Virus record (IMG/VR): IMGVR_UViG_3300006149_000009
Reading direction: 5' to 3' (one strand)
DNA length: 64,000 nt
DNA from: an uncultured virus (IMG/VR IMGVR_UViG_3300006149_000009)
Taxonomy: Duplodnaviria; Heunggongvirae; Uroviricota; Caudoviricetes
In this document: positions 1 to 9,443 of the stretch, piece by piece
How the letters are laid out: each line of letters starts with the position of its first letter
How positions within the stretch are numbered: the stretch's first letter is position 1
Position numbers and translations under genes: made by a program
The notes under the pieces: generated by a model
What the model saw: the letters and a program-made list of their open reading frames with translations, nothing else
What the model was told of the DNA's origin: nothing
Database searches by the model: none

Positions 1-208
1 TGTTTATGGTCACTCCATCTCCCACATACTAACTTTATTCAACCCCGTCCATTATTCTCTTTCTATTTTCACGATAATTACTGATTCTCCAATAATTTAT
101 ACTCAATTAATTAAATATTTATCCAATACAAAAACAACGGTAATCAACGTTGCTTTACCCAGCAGTGAATTACCTGTATTTTAATCTCATTCCTGGATAT
201 TTATTGCG

Positions 209-237
209 TTGACATACATGTTTTCCCATGATATAAT
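209..237 (+). promoter_or_regulatory. SigA-type promoter
   Basis: TTGACA-N17-TATAAT with TG extended -10; perfect consensus. Confidence 0.85.
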
Positions 238-747
238 AAAGATAATAAAATAAGGTGTTTTACATCTTTTCTTTTTGGATTATCTTGCTAACTAAATAAG
301 ATGTTTGTCCAGGTAATTCAAGTAGGGGAATGAGTTCGGATAGTGTGTCCGAGCCTGTCAGGAATACGACGTTGCTTTAAAGGTGCGAGTCCTTTTAGAA
401 AACAACAGCTCTGTGACCGAACGAATGATTGAAACAAAGAACACGAAAAGGAGGGAAACAACATAGCATGGAAAACGACGTGAAAACAATGTATGCTCTA
501 TAAATATATATTTAAGATTGTTTCTTTAAAAAGACCGCACTCCGAAAATATCCAAAAACACGTTGCCCCACAGGCGTTTTCGCCGGTCTGCGAAATACCT
601 CTTGGAACCTAGGTCGTGCCAAACTACTTTTTGACATCTAATATAGAAGGAACTGCACTGGGCTACGCCCGTAATTCCCCTCCGTATCCATCTGTACCCA
701 CCCGTAACTATCCACCAAGTAATCACCATATCAGGAGGACAATATAA

Positions 748-2001
748 ATGATTAAAGTTTGCGATACTATCATGGGCGGCGGCAAGACGAGCGCCGTTAT
801 TTCACACATCAATGCCCATCCAGAAAAAAGGTTCCTATACATCACACCCTATCTGGATGAAGCCGCAAGAATCAACAAATCATGCCCTAGCGCCCATTTC
901 ATGGAGCCGAGCTGCAAAATTAAAGAATATGGATTCAGCAAGGCAAGGCACACAATGGCTCTAATAGAAGCCGGGCACAACATCGCGAGCACACACCAGG
1001 CCGTGCTTTACTACACGCAGGATACCCTGGATATGCTCCGCGAGAAAAACTATACCATCATCATAGACGAGGAAATTACAGTCTTTGAAAAAGGAGCCGA
1101 CGTCTCCGACGGGGATATCAGACTATTGATTGATGCTGGATATCTGCAGGAATCCAAAAACGGCTGTTATACCAAAACAGACAAGGAATACACCGGGACT
1201 GTATTCCGCAAGATGTTCCGCATCATGGAAACCAGGCCGCTCCTAAACATCGGAAGTTCCGAAGGCAATGCCAGCTTATGGTATTGGATATACCCAAAGG
1301 ACTTCCTTGAGTGCGCCAATGAGGTCATACTGCTGACTTATCTGTTCAAAGGCTCAGAGATGGACTTGTTTTTCCAGATGTGTGGCATCAAATACCAGTA
1401 TATCGGCGTGGAGCGCCGCGGAGACTCTTCCTACGCCCTAACAGACAAACCCGGAGATATGCCCGCTTATATAAACTCCTTATCTGAAAAGATACATATA
1501 TTCGACGATGAAAAGCTAAACGCCATTGGGAAGAACAGGAATGCCCTGTCAATGAACTGGTACGAGAAGAACCCCGATAAAGTAGACGAATTGCGCTGCT
1601 GCATCAGCAATTATTTCAAGCACAAAGTGCATGTAAGCGCTTCCCAGAGGCTTTGCGGCACTTACTCAGAAGCCGGAACTTGGTCAAAGATACGCAATAA
1701 AGGATATTGGAACAGCAAGCTTGCCTTTAACAAAAAATCCACAAACGACTACCGTGAGAAAACAGCCCTTGTTTATCCGGTAAATTTATTCCCCAACACT
1801 GGGATTGTAACATACTACTATGACAAGGGGCTGGTATTAGACCAGGAACGATATGCCCTCTCAACCATGATTCAATGGATTTGGCGCTCTGCCATACGGG
1901 ATGGGAAGGAAATCAGCATCTACATACCAAGCCGCCGGATGAGGACATTACTTATCAACTGGATAAATGAAGTAAGCAAAGGAGGTATCTATGAAACTTA
2001 A
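748..2001 (+). CDS. SF2 helicase-like P-loop NTPase (phage)
   Basis: Walker A GGGKTS, Walker B IIIDEE, QWIWRSAIR motif; AGGAGG RBS. Confidence 0.75.
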   Translation: MIKVCDTIMGGGKTSAVISHINAHPEKRFLYITPYLDEAARINKSCPSAHFMEPSCKIKEYGFSKARHTMALIEAGHNIASTHQAVLYYTQDTLDMLREKNYTIIIDEEITVFEKGADVSDGDIRLLIDAGYLQESKNGCYTKTDKEYTGTVFRKMFRIMETRPLLNIGSSEGNASLWYWIYPKDFLECANEVILLTYLFKGSEMDLFFQMCGIKYQYIGVERRGDSSYALTDKPGDMPAYINSLSEKIHIFDDEKLNAIGKNRNALSMNWYEKNPDKVDELRCCISNYFKHKVHVSASQRLCGTYSEAGTWSKIRNKGYWNSKLAFNKKSTNDYREKTALVYPVNLFPNTGIVTYYYDKGLVLDQERYALSTMIQWIWRSAIRDGKEISIYIPSRRMRTLLINWINEVSKGGIYET

Positions 2002-2170
2002 ATGTTCAAACTGCTACTACAATAACTGCTGCCCTGAAAACACGCCATGCCAGTACTATTCCCCCTTGAATAACGGCCTGGACGATTCAGCTCCAGAGGC
2101 GCTCATCGAACGCCGCCGCCAGGAGTTTTATGAGGAATGGCATCCATACATATCCCAGTACGAGGATTAA
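1991..2170 (+). CDS. Small Cys-rich protein, 59 aa (not in ORF track)
   Basis: AAAGGAGG RBS; MKLKCSNCYYNNCCPENTPC...; overlaps the upstream stop. Confidence 0.75.
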   Translation: MKLKCSNCYYNNCCPENTPCQYYSPLNNGLDDSAPEALIERRRQEFYEEWHPYISQYED

Positions 2171-2211
2171 TTTTTACTATATCATGTTAATTAAATAATT
2201 CATTAAGTGAG

Positions 2212-4956
2212 GTGACTTTTATCAGTAAGCAATTAACCTGCCAAAAATACATTTATAAGCTGCACAGCAGCCGCCTGCGCAAAGAAAAATGGAAACTTAC
2301 CCTCCCAATCGAAGAAGCGCGCAGGAACAACGAAGTAATCTCCCTGGCTGACAGCCAGATGCTCCGCTGGATTGACTCCATAAATGAAACCCCTGATTCT
2401 GACGCGAAAGCACGCCAGATAAAATCTGACATCCGCCAACTCAGAGCCGAGGCGAACAGCATTAAGAGCCGCCGGATGATGAAATCCCTGTACGCAGAGC
2501 TTGACCGGCTGCAATACAAGCCCGATTATGTCTGCCTGATAATAGACAGGAAGAAGGATTACTACAGGGCGTGCAAGGGCTTTTCCATCAACGGCATCCA
2601 TTACAAAAGGCTCCTTGGGACAAATGGCGGCATCAAAAACAGCACCATCGTGTTCGTAAACAGCGCCATTGCTGATGAACTGAAGCGCCGCATAGCTAAT
2701 GGGCGCGACATGCAGAAGGAAATGGTGACGGCAAAGCTCGAAGCGTACCAAGCCCTTACGTGCAGCGCCTCCGTCCCTGTATCGTTCCCGAAAGGCATCG
2801 CCGTCGTGGATGACTGCAATACCAGCTTCCTGTCGGATATCGTGTACCTGACGGATGAATGCGAGGATGAGCCACTGATGCAGCCCAGAAAATCCGAGAA
2901 AATTGACATGGACGCATCAGACGGCTACGGTATCATGCTCCCCTCCCTTGCCGAGCGCTGGAGCCGGGAGCTGGGGCTTGGCTATGTGGTCAGCGGAGCC
3001 AACACCCGCTTCTCTTTCGAAAAGGGCATGGCCATCACCTTTGATTTCCTGGATTTCGCCGATAAGGTCGCTGGAGGGAACTACACCATCCGCGATGCCT
3101 GGGGGGATGAGGTCGACGTGCGCAATGTGGAGCTGATTCTTACCACGTCTATGGTCAAGCTCTGGGATAGTTACAAAAGCTGCGAGGACTACGTACAGAA
3201 CTCGCTGCGCAACGGCTATACCTTCGGGATTGCAAAGACATGCCCGAAGGCATTGGAAAACGAGCGCTCCCTGAACTACCAATTCATCCAGAGTTATGAC
3301 CTGGACGACGATGACATAGAGGAGCTGATTGCCCCCACGATGGACGAAATCAGGGACGTCCTGGGCGGGGACTGGCGCAAGACCATCCTGTTCCTGCGCG
3401 GCATGGGGCTGAACGAGTCCAATATCAATAGCCTGGAGGATGACTACATAAAGGCTATCATGGCCGACCAGCGCATGATTGAAGACCCGTTCATCCAAAG
3501 CAGCATCTACCGGCTCATTAAAACCCGCATCAAGGAAGCCAAAGTCGGCGTCTTGAAGGTTCACGGCAACTACTCCATCGTATCTGGAGACCCCTATGCG
3601 TTATGCCAGAGCATGTTCGGCCTAGACGTAACCGGGCTTTTGAGGCCAGGGGAGATATACAACCAGTACTGGGCAGACGAGGGTGCCGACAGGCTTGCCT
3701 GCTACCGTGCGCCCATGACGTGCCACAACAACATCCGCCTCGTGCATCCAGCCGATACGGAGGAGATACGCTACTGGTATAAACATTTGAAGACATGCAC
3801 CGTCTTCAATGCATGGGACACCGCCACAGCCGCGTTAAACGGCATGGATTTCGACGGAGACTTAGTCATGCTTACCGACAACCGCGTATTGGTTGAAAAG
3901 CTCCAGCAGCTCCCCTCCCTGATGTGCGCCCAGCGGAAAGCGGCCAAATCAATCCCCACGGAGCAAGATTTCATCGAGTCGAATATCGGGAGCTTCGGGA
4001 ACGACATCGGGCAGACTACGAACTGGATTACTTCCATGTTCGAGGTTCGCTCCAGGTTCGAAAAAGGAAGCCTTGAATACGAAACCCTCTCCTACCGCAT
4101 CTGCTGCGGCCAGCTCTACCAGCAGAACGCCATCGACAAGGCTAAGGGCATCATCTGCAAGCCGATGCCAAAGACATGGCACGACCTCCACGCTGTAAAC
4201 AAGATAGAGGACGATGCTCAGCGTGAATTCTGCAGGAGTATCGTAGCCGACAAGAAGCCGTACTTTATGCGGTACATATACCCTTCCCTGATGAAGCAGT
4301 ACAGCCAATACGTTAAGAGCACGGACAAGAATGCCCTCCGTGAGTTCCAGATGACCGTAAGTGAGCTTCAGCAGATTCCGCCCGAAGAGCTGACTGAACG
4401 TCAGGCCGACTTCCTCCAATACTATGAATACCGGATGCCCGTCGGCACCAGCGACTGTGTGATGAACCGGATTTGCAGGAGATTCGAGCAGGAATTTGAT
4501 GGATATGTCGGTAAACATAATGCAGAATCTAAATTTGACTACACAATTATGAAGAGCGGGGCTTCTTACACCGCCGCCCAATATAAGGCAATCCAGAAGC
4601 TGTACACAAATTACAATAAAAAACTGCAGGAGTATTCTGTTTCCGCAGAGTACAGGCGCATGGATAAATTTGCTTCACACGTACAATTATTGGATATGAA
4701 CGATAACTTTAGAAAAGAATGTGATATTATCTGTCAAAATAAATATTCCTTATGCGATATCCTACTCGACCTATGTTATACCAAAAGCGCCACGAAAAAC
4801 TTCGCATGGAATATATGCGGCACAGAAATTATCCATAACTTACTTGCAAACAATAACCATACGCTGTCATTCCCTACGAGGGACAATAGTGGGGACATCT
4901 GTTACCGCGGCAGCAAATTCAAAATGATATCAAAAGAAATTGAGGTGGACGAATGA
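2212..4956 (+). CDS. yonO: YonO-like single-subunit RNA polymerase (two-barrel, cellular-RdRP-related family)
   Basis: 914 aa; DGYG, GDP, RAP (3706-3714) and catalytic NGMDFDGD (DFDGD at 3847-3861), AIDKAKG; placed before the late genes. Confidence 0.88.
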   Translation: MTFISKQLTCQKYIYKLHSSRLRKEKWKLTLPIEEARRNNEVISLADSQMLRWIDSINETPDSDAKARQIKSDIRQLRAEANSIKSRRMMKSLYAELDRLQYKPDYVCLIIDRKKDYYRACKGFSINGIHYKRLLGTNGGIKNSTIVFVNSAIADELKRRIANGRDMQKEMVTAKLEAYQALTCSASVPVSFPKGIAVVDDCNTSFLSDIVYLTDECEDEPLMQPRKSEKIDMDASDGYGIMLPSLAERWSRELGLGYVVSGANTRFSFEKGMAITFDFLDFADKVAGGNYTIRDAWGDEVDVRNVELILTTSMVKLWDSYKSCEDYVQNSLRNGYTFGIAKTCPKALENERSLNYQFIQSYDLDDDDIEELIAPTMDEIRDVLGGDWRKTILFLRGMGLNESNINSLEDDYIKAIMADQRMIEDPFIQSSIYRLIKTRIKEAKVGVLKVHGNYSIVSGDPYALCQSMFGLDVTGLLRPGEIYNQYWADEGADRLACYRAPMTCHNNIRLVHPADTEEIRYWYKHLKTCTVFNAWDTATAALNGMDFDGDLVMLTDNRVLVEKLQQLPSLMCAQRKAAKSIPTEQDFIESNIGSFGNDIGQTTNWITSMFEVRSRFEKGSLEYETLSYRICCGQLYQQNAIDKAKGIICKPMPKTWHDLHAVNKIEDDAQREFCRSIVADKKPYFMRYIYPSLMKQYSQYVKSTDKNALREFQMTVSELQQIPPEELTERQADFLQYYEYRMPVGTSDCVMNRICRRFEQEFDGYVGKHNAESKFDYTIMKSGASYTAAQYKAIQKLYTNYNKKLQEYSVSAEYRRMDKFASHVQLLDMNDNFRKECDIICQNKYSLCDILLDLCYTKSATKNFAWNICGTEIIHNLLANNNHTLSFPTRDNSGDICYRGSKFKMISKEIEVDE

Positions 4957-5768
4957 ATATTATATTAAAAGAAAACGAATGGGCTGAAAAGATGATTCAA
5001 GACAGGTCGCTCGGCAAAAAGCCATATCAGACGCTCTACCGCGTCGCAAGGTATTACCTTGATTCTGGATATTCCAAAACAGAAGTTCGTAAGAGACTAG
5101 ACATATTCCTCATCCAGTGCGACCCGTCCGCGTCATTAACCACATGGTCTGAGACGCTGGATAATGCCCTAAAACGCGCTTTAAAGTACGGAGCCATAGA
5201 TATCCAAAGCATCATCATAACAAAGCCCGAAATGGACAGAATCGACTCCATCGGCGGCAGGCAACTCAGGAGGTTGGCGTTTACTTTGCTGTGCCTCGCC
5301 AAATACTGGTATGCCGTATCCCCTGTCACCGATTATTGGGTAAAGAACAGGGATAATGAAATCATGGCTATGGCGAATATCAACACATCCATCAAAAGAC
5401 AGTGTGCTATGTTCGGCGCGCTGAAAGAACTAGGGGTGCTTCGTTTCTCCAAGCGCATTGACAACACAAATGTCCGGGTATGCTTTGCAGAGGAAGGTGA
5501 GACTGCCCTTGAGATAACTGATTTCCGAAATCTTGGATACCAATATTTAAAATATGTCGGGGAACCATACTTTGAATGCGTAAACTGTGGCATCACCGTA
5601 AAATATAACAACCCACAAAAAGGCCGGAAACAGAAGTATTGTAAAGCATGTGCGGAAGAAATTGACTTACAACACCGTATAAATTCGGTACTACGTAAAA
5701 GAAATTCTGCTAAAAAAGTACATAGCGTTGAGTTTTCAGATATACATAAATCAACTGTTACACAGTGA
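4953..5768 (+). CDS. Hypothetical protein with C-terminal zinc finger, coupled to the RNAP gene
   Basis: ATGA overlap; CVNC...CKAC. Confidence 0.8.
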   Translation: MNIILKENEWAEKMIQDRSLGKKPYQTLYRVARYYLDSGYSKTEVRKRLDIFLIQCDPSASLTTWSETLDNALKRALKYGAIDIQSIIITKPEMDRIDSIGGRQLRRLAFTLLCLAKYWYAVSPVTDYWVKNRDNEIMAMANINTSIKRQCAMFGALKELGVLRFSKRIDNTNVRVCFAEEGETALEITDFRNLGYQYLKYVGEPYFECVNCGITVKYNNPQKGRKQKYCKACAEEIDLQHRINSVLRKRNSAKKVHSVEFSDIHKSTVTQ

Positions 5769-5870
5769 TTTTCAGGTGATATGATGGATTTAAAATACGG
5801 AGGGAAATATACGGAACGAAATCCGTATTTGCCAAAATACATAAGCCAATAACGGAAGGAAGCGACAACC

Positions 5871-6035
5871 ATGATTAAAATCACGAAGTCCGAAAAAGAA
5901 GCTTTGCTTCAGAACTGCCCAGGCACGCATATAAGGCGAACCATGAACCAGCGGTCGAAAAGACACCGCTACTATTGCGAAGAGTCTCCAGCAGTCATGG
6001 ACTTTCTGCTGAAACGCCGGAAAGCAGGTGCCTGA
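5871..6035 (+). CDS. Small basic hypothetical protein, 54 aa (not in track)
   Basis: AAGGAAG RBS; MIKITKSEKEALL...HRYYCEE. Confidence 0.7.
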   Translation: MIKITKSEKEALLQNCPGTHIRRTMNQRSKRHRYYCEESPAVMDFLLKRRKAGA

Positions 6036-7248
6036 ATTGAATATACAACGACAATGCGGAGAGTCTCTTATGGATTACCATAAGAGGCTCGTTTACGGCA
6101 AGCTGGTCGACCGCACGCTCGCCGATATGGATTACACAGAACTTTCTGAACTGGTCTACGGCCAGACATACTCCAGTGACGTAGCACGCCGTATGATGTA
6201 CGGCAGCAGGCGCACCCTGGAACTCATGGATATGGAGCGCACCAGCTCCCAGGACAGCAGCATCCTGTCTGAGATGGACGCAAAAATCGAGGAACTGCAA
6301 CGGGAACGCCAGAAGTTCTACGACCAGAGGCGCGAATACAACAAGCTGGTGTCGCGGGAAGGGCGGCGCGAACACCTATACGACTCACTGGCTGTAGCCG
6401 CCAATAACTTATCAGACAGCATCGGGACACTGGATTTCAGCTCCCCTGATAGCGCATATATAGAATATTCAGACAATGAGGCCATCCTTGTGTTCAGTGA
6501 CTGGCATTATGGGATGGTAACGTCCAACATATTCAACTCGTACAATACAGAAGTGTGCAAGCAGCGCGTACAGGATATTGTCCAGAAGGCAAAACAGCGC
6601 ATTGAACTGAATACGTGCAGAAAACTGCACATCCTTATTCTTGGAGACTTAATCCACGGCTCCATCCATGTCGGGGCAAGGGTCGCATCGGAAGAATTGG
6701 TGTGTGACCAGCTCATGCAGGTGTCTGAGATACTCGCGCAGGCTGTCTGTTCCCTGCACGCCAGTGTCCAGGAAACAACCGTATACATGACATACGGGAA
6801 CCACGCCCGGACAATCCAAAACAAAAACGACAGCATCCATAGGGACAACATCGAACGCATCATACCGTGGTGGCTGAAACAGAGACTGTCTTGTTATGAA
6901 AAAATCACTATTGCCGAGCCATCGGAGTCTGAATTCTTATTTCTAAATGTCTGCGGTCATGACATGTGCGCAGCGCATGGAGACCTTGACTCTGTGAAAA
7001 GCTCACCACGGTTGTTATCTACGCTGTTTCACAAACGGTGTGGCCGGGATATCGAATATATCCTGCTTGGCGACAAGCACCATATCGAAACTTTCAATGA
7101 GCTTGGAGTTACATCCATGATTTGCGGCTCCCTATGCGGCACCGACGAATATGCAAACAACAAACGGCTGTATTCAGACCCGTCACAAATGCTGCTTATT
7201 GTAAATGCACCATGCGGAGTAGACGCGGAATATAGAATCAGGTGCTAA
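6028..7248 (+). CDS. Calcineurin-like metallophosphoesterase with N-terminal coiled coil
   Basis: Motifs SDWH, GDLIHG, GNH, HGD, GDKHH. Confidence 0.85.
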   Translation: MPELNIQRQCGESLMDYHKRLVYGKLVDRTLADMDYTELSELVYGQTYSSDVARRMMYGSRRTLELMDMERTSSQDSSILSEMDAKIEELQRERQKFYDQRREYNKLVSREGRREHLYDSLAVAANNLSDSIGTLDFSSPDSAYIEYSDNEAILVFSDWHYGMVTSNIFNSYNTEVCKQRVQDIVQKAKQRIELNTCRKLHILILGDLIHGSIHVGARVASEELVCDQLMQVSEILAQAVCSLHASVQETTVYMTYGNHARTIQNKNDSIHRDNIERIIPWWLKQRLSCYEKITIAEPSESEFLFLNVCGHDMCAAHGDLDSVKSSPRLLSTLFHKRCGRDIEYILLGDKHHIETFNELGVTSMICGSLCGTDEYANNKRLYSDPSQMLLIVNAPCGVDAEYRIRC

Positions 7249-7268
7249 ACAGAAATTATTTGGCATCA

Positions 7269-7580
7269 TTATAATTTCTTCTGATGGTTTTCTAATTCAT
7301 GAAAAATTCCGACTATATTTACAACATCCATTCTGACACTAAACACAATGACATAATCCATCTGCCCTGTAACAACCTCACGGTAGCCTCTTTTTGCCAA
7401 ATATGCATCCTTGCAAGCAGGAAATTGCAGAGGATTTTCTTCAAGACGGTCATATATGTGTTCTATTTCATCCAGCAAATGCTTGGCAGCCTGCTCGTTT
7501 CTAAACTAACAAATCAGATAGTGCAAAATATTATCAAGCAATTCATCCGCATATTCTGCAACATTCACACTATAAACCAT
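7269..7580 (-). pseudogene. RelE/ParE-family toxin with premature stop
   Basis: ATG at 7580 gives MVYSVNVAEYADELLDNILHYLIC*FRNEQAAKHLLDEI...; in-frame TAG at 7508-7506; C-terminal VNIVGIFH. Confidence 0.8.
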
Positions 7581-7830
7581 ATTTTTTCCTCATTTCTGCC
7601 AAAGCTGTTCGGGCATCCCTTACGTATCCGGCTTCTATTTGTTGCTCTGACATTTCAATGTCCCTATATACTGAAAGCCGGCGCATAGTGTTTTCATAAA
7701 CTTTCATGCACATAATAACCATATCTCCATAGCCATTTTTTGTAATATAAATAGGTTCGTTTGACCTGTGGCACATATCGGAAATCTCCGAAGTGTTCTT
7801 CAAGTTTTTAATCGGTATAATCTGTGGCAT
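7570..7830 (-). CDS. Phd/YefM-family antitoxin
   Basis: IIPIKNLKN...PIYITKNGYGDMVIM motif; upstream of and overlapping the toxin gene. Confidence 0.88.
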   Translation of the reverse strand: MPQIIPIKNLKNTSEISDMCHRSNEPIYITKNGYGDMVIMCMKVYENTMRRLSVYRDIEMSEQQIEAGYVRDARTALAEMRKKYGL

Positions 7831-7984
7831 TTCATATATCTCCTCTCCGAAAATAGATAAACAATAGAAAGGTATTTTACATCCTTTCTGTTTTCACAAT
7901 CATGCCATAATTATACCATTATATCGCCCCAAATATTAACGCTTTATTTTTTTTGGAGTGCCAACACAAAGTAAAGGAGTATGT

Positions 7985-8458
7985 ATGAATAAAACAGAAT
8001 TAATACAGCGTGTCGCCAGCGTGATGCGCGAAAATAATATCCGCAAGCCCGTCTCTTCACAGAAGAAAGTGTTCCATATATCTGACGACGATGGGAATGT
8101 AAGTGATTTCGTTATTAAGAAGTCAAACAAAGGAGTCCTTTTCACCGTCGACGATGTGAGCGCCGTAATGGACACATGCATCGCGGTTATCGAAGATGCA
8201 ATAAGGCGCGGGGAGCATGTCTCCGTCAGAGGCTTCGGCACGCTGGGGGTACACTACCGGAAAGCCAGGACGACAAAGCATCCGGAAACCGGAGAAATAG
8301 TTGAAGTCTCGGAAAGGTACATCCCGAAATTCATTTTCGGCAGTGATTTGCGGATGTGCGCGAAAATGTTCGAGCTTTCACTTGGAGAGGGCGGCTCTTA
8401 CTCAAATGCACTAATACCTGATGACGAAGAGGAAGGCGGTGACGACTATGGCGATTGA
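7985..8458 (+). CDS. HU-family DNA-binding protein with internal insertion and acidic tail
   Basis: MNKTELI...VSVRGFGTL...RTTKHPETGE...PKF; AAGGAG RBS. Confidence 0.88.
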   Translation: MNKTELIQRVASVMRENNIRKPVSSQKKVFHISDDDGNVSDFVIKKSNKGVLFTVDDVSAVMDTCIAVIEDAIRRGEHVSVRGFGTLGVHYRKARTTKHPETGEIVEVSERYIPKFIFGSDLRMCAKMFELSLGEGGSYSNALIPDDEEEGGDDYGD

Positions 8459-9437
8459 AGTCGCTTCCAGCCGGACGATATGCACGAAATGCGGGATAGC
8501 ATACCCAAACCGCAAATACAATTTCCCCGTTAGTTACGCAGAATCCTATAAAGGAACTGGATACATACCTATTTGTAAGAAATGCCTTGAATCCATGTAC
8601 GAGAAGTACCTCTCCCAGTGTGGCGATTCTAAGGCAGCTACCCGGCAAATCTGCCGGAAGCTAGACCTTTACTGGAATGACGCAATTTATGAGAATGTAG
8701 CCAAGAAGAGTTCCCCGCACAGCCTGATATCACGGTATGTTGCAAAACTCAACCATGTCTCGACAGCCGGGAAAAGCTACGATGACACCCTGATGGACGA
8801 AGGTACTTTATGGAAAACCAGCACCACAATGGCAGCACAGCGCGGCGACGGCGTGCCTGTACCCGTCACAGATGAGGTTATGGCTTTCTGGGGTTCCGGC
8901 TATTCACCAGATACTTATGAACGCCTGGAGCAAAGGCGGAAATACTATATGGAAAAGTTCCCGCAGGCATTCCCGCATGACGATAAGTCAGACGATATCG
9001 GCAGCGACGTGCTGATGCGCCAGCTCTGCAACCTTGAGGTAAGCATTGCAAACGACGCGGCAGCGGGCAGGTCAATCGACAAAAGCGTTAATTCCCTGAA
9101 CACGCTGATTGGGAGCCTGAACCTCAAGCCTACGCAGAAAAAAGGGGATGCAGATTCATCCCTGGAAAAGACGCCATTCGGCGTATGGATTCGGCGGTGG
9201 GAAAATGAACGCCCTATCCCGGAACCCGACCCTGACTTCCAGGATGCCGACGGTATCATCCGTTACGTATCCATATGGTTCTTTGGACACTTATCAAAGA
9301 TGCTTGGCATCAAAAACACCTATTGCAAGCTATACGAGGATGAGCTTGCAAGGATGCGGGTAGAAATGCCCGAATACGAAGACGAAGATGACGAAACCAT
9401 GTTCTCTGACATCTTCTCTTCCGACGAGCCTGAATAA
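8448..9437 (+). CDS. Phage protein, possible terminase small subunit
   Basis: N-terminal CxxC...CxxC; immediately upstream of the large terminase. Confidence 0.55.
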   Translation: MAIEVASSRTICTKCGIAYPNRKYNFPVSYAESYKGTGYIPICKKCLESMYEKYLSQCGDSKAATRQICRKLDLYWNDAIYENVAKKSSPHSLISRYVAKLNHVSTAGKSYDDTLMDEGTLWKTSTTMAAQRGDGVPVPVTDEVMAFWGSGYSPDTYERLEQRRKYYMEKFPQAFPHDDKSDDIGSDVLMRQLCNLEVSIANDAAAGRSIDKSVNSLNTLIGSLNLKPTQKKGDADSSLEKTPFGVWIRRWENERPIPEPDPDFQDADGIIRYVSIWFFGHLSKMLGIKNTYCKLYEDELARMRVEMPEYEDEDDETMFSDIFSSDEPE

Positions 9438-9443
9438 AGCCTT

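Noticed and set aside
7506..7508. TAG recoding (alternative genetic code) explaining the toxin stop
   Set aside because: Long genes are uninterrupted in the standard code and TAG ends normal genes at 17429, 22490 and 32161
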